Of a stretch of 64,000 nucleotides of DNA, positions 53,821 to 64,000 are shown piece after piece. The stretch is from contig OZ024763.1 in assembly GCA_964016885.1 (NCBI GenBank), forward strand, positions 14,322,001-14,386,000, read 5' to 3'. Numbering within the stretch: the first letter of the stretch is position 1; the number at the start of each line of letters is the position of its first letter. This DNA comes from Eledone cirrhosa (taxonomy: Eukaryota). The position numbers were made by a program, and so were the translations under genes. Under the pieces are notes generated by a model. It was not told the DNA's origin and did no database searches. It saw only the letters and a program-made list of their open reading frames with translations.

Positions 53821-54225
53821 CACACACACATACATATATATATATGCCAAACTCGTCCCATGGATTGAGTGCTCTACCACTACGGATATTACCTTCCAGT
53901 GTTCTACCTCTCTCTCTCTCTATATATATATATACACCACCCCTACAAAAATGTTGTGTAAAGGACAAATCCATTTACCTATGAATGCACCAGGACAGGT
54001 GCACAGACTGAAAATAGAGCCACTGATGGATGTTGGGAAGAGAAATGGAATGAGATGGTTGGGTCATGTGTTGAGGGATGAGAGAAGTGATGAAAATGAA
54101 TGTGGAAGAAGTGGAAGAAATGGCTAAAGATGATGGAACAAAGGAGGAAATGAAATCCAGGGGTTTGGTAGGGATATGGGAACATTGGTTGAGAAGTTTG
54201 TTTCAGCAGGGAAAATGGCTTTTAA

Positions 54226-56078
54226 CCCTTTAACATTCACATTACTCTATATATACTATTATATTTTCATGGTAAAGGCTTTACCTCACATAATATCTCA
54301 CATAACATTCACATTACTCTATATATACTATTATATTTTCATGGTAAAGACTTTACCTCGCATAATATCTCACATTACATTCACATTACTCTATATATAC
54401 TATTATATTTTCATGGTAAAGACTTTACCTCGCATAATATCTCACATTACATTCACATTACTCTATATATACTATTATATTTTCATGGTAAAGACTTTAC
54501 CTCGCATAATATCTCACATTACATTCACATTACTCTATATATACTATTATATTTTCATGGTAAAGACTTTACCTCGCATAATATCTCACATTACATTCAC
54601 ATTACTCTATATATACTATTATATTTTCATGGTAAAGACTTTACCTCGCATAATATCTCACATTACATTCACATTACTCTATATATACTATTATATTTTC
54701 ATGGTAAAGACTTTACCTCGCATAATATCTCACATTACATTCACATTACTCTATATATACTATTATATTTTCATGGTAAAGACTTTACCTCGCATAATAT
54801 CTCACATTACATTCACATTACTCTATATATACTATTATATTTTCATGGTAAAGGCTTTACCTCACATAATATCTCACATTACATTCACATTACTCTATAT
54901 ATACTATTATATTTTCATGGTAAAGACTTTACCTCGCATAATTATCTCACATAACATTCACATTACTCTATATATACTATTGTATTTTCATGGTAAAGGC
55001 TTTACCTCACATAATATCTCACATAACATTCACATTACTCTATATATACTATTATATTTTCATGGTAAAGACTTTACCTCGCATAATTATCTCACATAAC
55101 ATTCACATTACTCTATATATACTATTGTATTTTCATGGTAAAGGCTTTACCTCACATAATATCTCACATAACTTTCACATTACTCTATATATACTATTAT
55201 ATTTTCATGGTAAAGGCTTTACCTCACATAATATCTCACATAGCATTCACATTACTCTATATATACTATTATATTTTCATGGTAAAGGCTTTACCTCACA
55301 TAATATCTCACATAACATTTACATTACTCTATATATACTATTATATTTTCATGGTAAAGGCTTTACCTCACATAATATCTCACATAGCATTCACATTACT
55401 CTATATATACTATTATATTTTCATGGTAAAGGCTTTACCTCACATAATATCTCACATAACTTTCACATTACTCTATATATACTATTATATTTTCATGGTA
55501 AAGGCTTTACCTCACATAATATCTCACATAACATTCACATTACTCTATATATACTATTATATTTTCATGGTAAAGGATTTACCTCACATAATATCTCACA
55601 TAACATTTACAATACTCTATATATATTATTATATTTTCATGGTAAAGGCTTTACCTCACATAACTTTCACATTACTCTATATATACTATTATATTTTCAT
55701 GGTAAAGGCTTTACATCACATAATATCTCACATAACTTTCACATTACTCTATATATACTATTATATTTTCATGGTAAAGGCTTTACCTCACATAATATCT
55801 CACATAACTTTCACATTACTCTATATATACTATTATATTTTCATGGTAAAGGCTTTACCTCACATAATATCTCACATAACTTTCACATTACTCTATATAT
55901 ACTATTGTATTTTCATGGTAAAGGCTTTACCTCACATAATATCGAATCTATGAGATTTTGAAAGTATTTATTTTGAGAACAATACCTTAACATCAGTATG
56001 AGTGGCCAGTTACAGCCAGTTTCAACAGAAAGAGGGAGAGAATTCTGGCCAGTTTTGGCCGGTTTGAACATTAAAGGG
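54226..56078. mobile_element. piggyBac-like MITE containing a 60-bp satellite (x~28)
   Basis: TTAA|ccctttaacattca ... tgaacattaaaggg|TTAA (12/14 TIR match); array at 54232-55941. Confidence 0.75.
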
Positions 56079-56252
56079 TTAAATGTTTATTGTTGTTATT
56101 GTTGTGTTGTAGAAGCAATGTATGTTAGTTGATCTGGAGGTGACCCGCAGAGAAAATTAGATGCCATCATATGTGGGTTACCATTTTCACTAATTAATAA
56201 CCCTCCTCCTTCCATTATTCGAAGAAGAAGGAAAAAGTCTTGGGCAGCAAAA

Positions 56253-56287
<35 letters not shown>

Positions 56288-57256
56288 ACAAAAATAAATA
56301 AAAGATTGAAATAAAACAAATAAAATAAAATAAAAAAAAAACAAGCAAACAGTTAGGTTGTTAGGAAGTGGATCATTTCAATTGTTTCAAAAGCAGAAAG
56401 GGAAAAGACCGATAATGTTTCCATTGGTCTTTCTATTGCTGATACTGTCTGTCAGTCACAACTCCTGGCAGAAGAAAGGAGCTGATCATCAGATCAGACC
56501 AAGGAAACAATGTTTCCATCCCCACTACTATCTGTTTGTCACAACTCCTGGCAGAAGAAAGGAGCTGATCATCAGATCAGACCAAGGAAACAATGTTTCT
56601 ATTGGTCTTTCCATTACTGATACTATCTGTCAGTTACAACTACTGGCAGAAGAAAGGAGCTGATCATCAGATCAGACCAAGGAAACAATGTTTCCATTGG
56701 TCTTTCTATATCTGTTGGTTGCAACTCCCCACCCGACAAAATAAAAGAGCCAAAAAAACAAATTAAAAATCTGTAAATTATGTAAATCAAAATTAATTAA
56801 AAATATAAAACAAAATAAATTATAAATAATTAATTAAAAATAGCAAATAAAATACATTAGAAACAAAAATAAAGAATATAATACAAATACAAAATGAAAT
56901 GAAATAACAAAATAAAAGCTGAAAAAAAAACAGAGATCACTGGATGGAGTTAACCCTGTGAAGGACTGGCATCCTATCAGGGGTGAAGCTGAGCCTTTCA
57001 CTCTCAGTTGCTTAATCCCCACGAGACAGGGATAAGCTAAATCCAATCCATGCAAGGCATGGAAGAAAAAATGGACATAAAACATTAAAAAACTAGCATA
57101 TGTCAAACAGAATAAAATGAATTTAAAATGAGAAATAAAAATAACATTTTAAAACAGCAAATAAAATACATAACAAATATAAAATAAAATAAATTAAAAA
57201 AAGTAAAAATAAAATAAAATAAAATGAATGAAATATATAAAATAAAATCATTTTAA

Positions 57257-58133
57257 CCCTTTCATTAACATATATGACTTATGGAAGACTCCACATGATT
57301 TTCAAATAATTTTGGAAATAATCAATATTTTGGAGGTATTTAGAAATTAAGCTGGTGTTTGGAACATAATTTAACAAAGGTTCTTATATAAAATTACAAG
57401 AGGTGTCTATATGAATATAAAGGCTTTAACCCTTTCATTACCATATTTCTAATGAAAGACACTGCCTTATTTTCTAATAATTTTGAAAATAATCACGAAT
57501 TTGGAGGGATTTAGAAACATAACTATCATATTATTTTAGCTGGTGTTTAGAATGTAACTTAACAAAGTTATGTAGTTACATAAAATTATGATGGAAGGTT
57601 TTTAGATGAATATAAACACTTTAACCCTTTCATTTCCATATTTCTAATGAAAGATATTGTCTATGTTTTCTAATAATTTTCAAAATAATCCAGAACTTGG
57701 AGGGATTACATAATATAATTAACTTTACCATTATATAGGCGCCAGTCCACCATAGGATCAACCCCCCAGTTATTGCTGGTACTCATTTTCAGCTGAGTAT
57801 ACTGGAGCAAAGTGAATGAAGTGTTTTGCTCAAGAACACAACACACAACCCAGTCTGCGAATCTAACCCATGACATTATGATCATAAGTCCAACACTCTT
57901 ACCACTAGATCACTTCTGTGTTGATAAAATAAAGTACTAATTATGAACTGGGATTGATATGATCGACTTCCCTTTCCCCCTTATTACTGATCTAGAAAGA
58001 ATTATTAAATCGAAGTTTGGAATATAACTTAACAAGGGTTTTTAGACAAAATTATAATGCAAAGTGTAAAAACAAATGTTTTTTTTCTGTCAAAGAACGA
58101 GAGGTAGTTTCAGGGAGGTTGGTAATTAAAGGG
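57257..58133. mobile_element. TTAA-flanked MITE with triplicated left end and SINE insertion
   Basis: ttaaccctttcatt at ~57253, 57426, 57621; right end taaagggttaa; SINE at 57740-57910(-); further left ends at ~58750 and ~59816. Confidence 0.6.
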
Positions 58134-59233
58134 TTAAAATAATTGTTTCTACTTTAGGCACAAGGCCAGCAAATTACCCAGTGTATTACTGGTACTTTAT
58201 TTTATCGACCCCGTAAGGATGAAAGGCAAAGTTAACCTTGGTGGGATTTGAACTCAGATTGTAAAGGGACGTAACTAGGCTGGAAAGCATGGCGTCCGAC
58301 CCTCTAATAACAGAAAACAACATAAACAAGGTAAAGAAAAAGCAAATTAAAATATATTGTTAACAACAGGTAAGGATGAAGTAAAATGGTACTATGATGG
58401 CACCCAGTACACCCTGTAAAATGTTAGTGATGGTGTCATGATATAATGCACCCTGTAAACCCTGTAAAGTGTTAGTAATGGTACCGTAATGAAATACAAC
58501 CAGTACACTCTGTAAAGTGTTAGAACTGGTGCCACTATAAAATACACCCAGTACATTCTGTAAAGTGTTAGAACTGGTGCCACTATAAAATACACCCAGT
58601 ACATTCTGTAAAGTGTTAGAGCTGGTGCCACTATAGAATTTAGAAACATAACTATCATATTATTTAAGCTGGTGTTTGGAATGTAACTTAACAAAGTTAT
58701 GTAGTTACATAAAATTATGATGGAAGGTTTTTAGATGAATATAAACACTTTAACCCTTTCATTACCATATTTCTAATGAAAGATATTGTCTATGTTTTCT
58801 AATAATTTTCAAAATAATCCAAGGCTGGTGCGACTATAAAATACACCCAGTACACTCTGTAAAGTGTTAGAACTGGTGCCACTATAAAATACACCCAGTA
58901 CACTTTGTAAAATGGTAGTGGTGGTTCCACAATAAAATGTACTCAGCACATTCTGTTTAAAGGTAGTGCTAATGCCAGAATAAAATACACCCAGTAGACT
59001 CTATAAACTGGTAATACCGGTTCCACAATAAACTGCATGAAGTACACTCTGTAAAGTGGTGTAGCAGGCTGACCGAATATATCTTAACTATAATCGAATT
59101 ATAGGCGGCGAATTGGCAGAGTCGTTAGAACGTCGGATAGAATGCTTTCTGTTATGCGTTTCAAGGTCAATAATAAAAAAAAAAGTACCAGTCAAGTACT
59201 GGGGTTGATTCCTTCTCTATATCTCTTTCTCAC

Positions 59234-59377
59234 TTTCTATCCTTCCCCGGAAGAAATCTGCTGTATTCAGGCTTGGAGAGGAGATGGGCTCTACCAGATT
59301 TAAAAAAAAAATTTCTAGGAACGCCATGTATCAATACGGCGCCCGAGCGACTCCCTCCGGAGTTACGCGACCATGCT
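59234..59377 (-). CDS. Weak candidate exon (144 nt)
   Basis: T-rich tract, ctaac and tag acceptor, gtgaga donor, one open frame (AWSRNSGGSRSGAVLIHGVPRNFFFKSG...); a T10 run argues against coding. Confidence 0.25.
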
Positions 59378-60288
59378 CTACATAACCGAGTTAGAAAAAC
59401 GATAACAAAAATAAAATGTATCGTGATCAAAGTCAATGCAAGGGAGGTTACTCTTAAATACAAAACACTGCGAACGTTACAATTCCTGATTGTCAGGAGG
59501 AAACAGAATTTGAACGCAGAACACACATAAACACATCAGATACTAAATAAAGTATTCCGTCTGACGCTTTAAACATTCATCAACTTGACCCCATTCTGTT
59601 ACTGGTACTTTATTATATCGACCCCGGCAGGACGTGAAGGAACGTGAAAGAACGTGAAGTAGATGCCGCAAGGCATGTTGTCCGACGATCTACCGATACT
59701 GCCAATTCAATATGGAAATGAATCATTTATATACGGATAAGTTATCGATTTCTCGTCTGTCCCAGCCAAAGAAAGAGCACCCCTCCTTCCACAGTAACAT
59801 AGACGCAGACATAAACTTAACTCTTTCGTTGCCATATTCCTAATAAAGGACACTAACTGTGATTTTCAAATAATTTGTGAAAATAATCAAGAATTTAGTG
59901 GGATTTAATTATATAACTAACTTTCTCAATATTAAGTCGGCGTTCGGAACATAACTTAACAAAGGTTCTTACATAAAATTATGATGAAAGGTTATTTAGA
60001 TAAATGTAAACAGTTAAAAACGAACAGATTTATATCGTTGAAGCAGGGTTCGTTTCAGGCAGTTTAAGCATACAAAGAAACTTGATACCCCGTCTCAATC
60101 AATGCCCGGCTAGAAATAACAGCCAAATAGATCCATTAAAACCACATCAAATGTAGTCCCAGATGTAATATTTTTTGTCATAGAACCAAGGGCGGCTTTA
60201 TGCTGTTTGCGATCAAAATTTGATAGCCACAACTGAATGGAATCATTTAATCGATTTATCCATCAACTTTTCGCCACTCTTTAAATAA

Positions 60289-60474
60289 TTGTTTCTACTT
60301 TTGGCACAAGGCCAGCAATTATCCCAGTGCATTACTGGTGCTTTGTTTTATCGACCCCGTAAGGATGAAAAGCAAAGTTAACCTCGGCGAGATTTGAACA
60401 CAAACCGTGAAGGGCCGTAACTCTATGCTGCAACGCATGGCGTCCGACCCTCCACCGATTCGGCCAATCCACCG
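60289..60474 (-). mobile_element. SINE family A with 15-bp TSD
   Basis: TSD cactctttaaataat at 60274-60288 and 60475-60489. Confidence 0.85.
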
Positions 60475-60704
60475 CACTCTTTAAATAATATTCGAAAATC
60501 GCTGTAGATATCGATTTGGCAGGATCATTAGCGTGACCGATTCAATATATTACGATATTTGTTCTTGTTCATTGAACCTTGAATTCAATTTTAATATTCT
60601 TACATTTCGTTTGACAAACCAGATTATTGAAAATTGATCACATCTCGTCGGCTGGAACACTTAACACCGTAATAGAGTACGAAGGAAATAATGTACTTTT
60701 TAGG

Positions 60705-61070
60705 TGGTGTGGTGTGGTGGTGGTGGGGTGGTGTTTGTGTTGTGGTGGAGATGGTGGTGGTGATGGTGTGGCGGTGTAGGGGTGAGGAGTGGGGTGGTGA
60801 TGGGTGATGGTGGTGGTGATGGTGGTGACGGGCGATGGTGGTGATGGTGGGGTGGTGATGGATGATGGTGGTGGTGGTTGATGGTGGTGATGGGTGGGGT
60901 GGTGGTAATGGTGGTATGGTGGTGGTAATGGTGGTATGGTGGTGGTTGATGGTGGTTTGGTGGTTGTGGTGGTGGTGGTGGTAATGGTGGTGGTGGTGGT
61001 AATGGTGGTATGGTGGTGGTTGATGGCGGTGTGGTGGTGGCGGTGTGGTGATGGTGTGGTGGTGGTGGGG
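60705..61070. repeat. (GGT)n degenerate array
   Basis: Direct reading. Confidence 0.9.
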
Positions 61071-61416
61071 GTAGATTGTATGTGTTATTCTTTGACTGAT
61101 TTTAATGACTTAGTGGTTAGAAAATTAAATTCTCAATCGTGACGTTGCGAGTTCCACTCTCGGACCGGGTGATGTGTTAAGTCCTTGAGCAAGACACTTT
61201 ATTTCACGTTGAAAAGACCAATGGAAACATTGTTTCCTTGGTCCGATTTGACGAGTCGTACCCCATTTGGTAAGCAAATGAAGTCAGAGATCTTGTCGAT
61301 CGATAAAACAAAGATCCCATATTGTCAACAGGATTTATCTATAGTTAAAGTTATATTTATTTTATCTGCCACACTCTGAATAATCTCTAACAAGGAAATC
61401 CGCCTCTGCGTGTGCG

Positions 61417-61477
<61 letters not shown>

Positions 61478-61932
61478 CTGTATCGCTTAAGGCTTTCTCT
61501 GTTTATGTATTGTATATATATATATATCGGAAAGGATATGATTTTACGTTTCTTTTGCTTCCTTATGGGTGTGTAATGGTGATGTAATATATATATTGCA
61601 TCACCATTACACACATTTCCTGATGTAATATATATATTACATCACCATTACACACCTGATATAATATATATATTATATGTGTAATATATATATTATATGT
61701 GTAATGATATAATATATATATTATATGTGTAATGGTGATGTAATATATATATTACATCACCATTACACACATTTCCTGATATAATATATATATTACATCA
61801 CCATTACACACATTTCCTGATGTAATATATATATTATATCAGGAAATGTACTGTGCACGTATAAGTAAATTTGTCTGTGTATATATATATATATATACAC
61901 ATATATATATGTGTATATATATATATATATAT

Positions 61933-62095
<163 letters not shown>

Positions 62096-62196
62096 TATAT
62101 ACACACATACATATATATATATATATGTATATACACATATATGTATACACACACACACTCACATATATATATGTATATACACACATATATATGTAT

Positions 62197-62229
<33 letters not shown>

Positions 62230-62231
62230 CA

Positions 62232-62410
62232 GTAGAAAGTCAGGACCCTACGGCTGAGCTCTTGCAGCTTCAACACCAAATTCCGGAGTTTGGACATTTT
62301 GCCTATTTAAACGGCAAGAGCTCAGCCGTCGGGCCTTGATTTTCTGCTGTAATTGCACTCTACCCACTCAAGTATCGAGTACTCTGCTGGATAATGGTCT
62401 TACTAGTTTA
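62232..62410. mobile_element. Diverged family X relative
   Basis: aggaccctacggctgagctcttgc...ggcaagagctcagccgtcgggcct, then cactctacccactcaagtatcgagtact. Confidence 0.65.
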
Positions 62411-62779
62411 AAACTGGTCTAATCCTGATCTATATATGGATAAAGGGTCACGAATGACCAGAGGATTTTCACCGAGACGGTTCCTTTCCATGCATACCAG
62501 TCCCCCCCCCCACCCCCCTCCACGTCACCGAAGGGAAAGGTAACGGCCGAGACAGCTTGGCACCTGTGACCTCGCTACTCATTTCTATAGCTGAATTCTT
62601 AAGCTGAATGAACCCGAGCAAAGTGAAATAGAGTGTCTTGCTTAAGAGCACAACGCAAAGCCCGATCCGAGAATCGAACTCACAGCCACACAATTGTAAA
62701 CCCATGTAATGAATCATCATTAAGCCATGCACCTTCACACACACACACACACACATACAGACAGACATATCACACACAC

Positions 62780-62816
<37 letters not shown>

Positions 62817-62839
62817 CACACATATACATGTATATATAT

Positions 62840-62888
<49 letters not shown>

Positions 62889-62902
62889 TTTCATCATTTC
62901 AT

Positions 62903-63350
62903 TTTACGTCCGCTTTTTCCCTGCTTGCAAGGGTGGGACGGGAACTGATTCTGGCTTGATTTCTACAGCTGGATGCCCTTCCTAACACCAACCTCATTTA
63001 CAGTGAGTGCTGGGTGCTTTTTTGCCGTGGCACCTCCACGACCACTTTGCAGTGGAATGATAGGGACCCCAGTCCCTATCATCTCATTTCTACAGCTGGA
63101 TGCCCTTCCTAACACCAACCTCATTTACAGTGAGTGCTGGGTGCTTTTTTGCCGTGGCACCTCCACGACCACTTTGCAGTGGAATGATATGGACCCCAGT
63201 CCCTATCATCTCATTTCTACAGCTGAGTAAACTGGAGCAATGTGAAATAAAGTGTCTTGCTCAAGGAAACAACACATCACCCAGTCTGAGAATTGAACTC
63301 ACAACCTTTCGATTGCAAGGCCAATGCTCTAACCACTAAGCCATGTGCCT
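62903..63350 (-). mobile_element. SINE family R with internal 127-bp duplication
   Basis: tttctacagctggatgccc...cctatcatctca occurs twice. Confidence 0.88.
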
Positions 63351-63631
63351 CCATATATATATATATATACGCATTTACACACACATAAATGAATATATAT
63401 ATATATATTTGCATATATACGTATTTACACACACACACAAAAATAAATAAAGAAACATATATATATATATATTATATTATATTATATATATAGAGAGAGA
63501 GAGAGAGAGAAGGGGAGAGAGGGGGGAGAGGGGTAGAAGGCAACTCCATTGTTGCTAGAAATGTCAGAACAATAATTGTTTTATCTATTATTTCATATTT
63601 CACGAATTTTTGGAAGTTTTTATTTAATTTA

Positions 63632-63780
63632 TCTATATATGTAAAACAGAGAATGTCTGTCTGTCTGTTCGATCCCTAAAACTCGAGAACCACCCAACCG
63701 ATTGTTTTCAAACTTTACACATCTAATACTTATGGTCCTGTGAGTGTTTTGAGCAAAATAATTTTCAAATTTTCAATGCC
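63632..63780 (+). mobile_element. Helitron-like 5' end
   Basis: A|TCtatatatgtaaaa...(gtct)n, similar in layout to 31906. Confidence 0.5.
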
Positions 63781-63956
63781 CTACGGACCGCATTAGGCGA
63801 TTTAGCGATCTCTCTCTATAACTCTTAGTCTTTCTCTTTTTAGATAGATACATAGATATAACGTTGCGCCCTTATAATATCTGTCTGTATGTCTGTCTGT
63901 CTGCATTACGACATTATGACATAGCCGTGTGTATGTGTGTGTGTATATATATATAT

Positions 63957-64000
<44 letters not shown>

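Noticed and set aside
54176-55961. 307-323-aa repetitive ORFs
   Set aside because: 60-bp satellite inside a MITE
56475-56690. ctgatgatcag on the minus strand, three times
   Set aside because: SINE-derived tandem unit lacking HHR stems

Overview
Eukaryotic, AT-rich, repeat-saturated DNA, most likely from an octopus or other coleoid cephalopod (inferred from the recurring tRNA-derived SINE families; not verified by search). Almost all ORFs in the track are microsatellite artefacts. Recognisable content: one good candidate coding exon on the minus strand (39859-39981), which suggests much of the window is intronic; many SINE copies; RTE, CR1, CRE-like and L1/Tx1-like LINE remnants; a degraded Penelope-like element (PLE) RT (18253-19510); non-autonomous Helitrons; TTAA-flanked piggyBac-like MITEs; and many micro- and minisatellites. 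The main hidden signal, found by manual folding, is a dense set of type I hammerhead ribozymes (HHRs): about 17 copies with a canonical CUGANGA/GAAA/UH core, about 6 single-defect variants and several 3' halves. They belong to many unrelated sequence families, lie in short non-coding modules at (TA)n tracts, and mostly have a palindromic (dimer-type) stem III. They often sit in inverted repeats, several of which break inside HHR stem II. All ribozyme calls are structural predictions and activity is untested.
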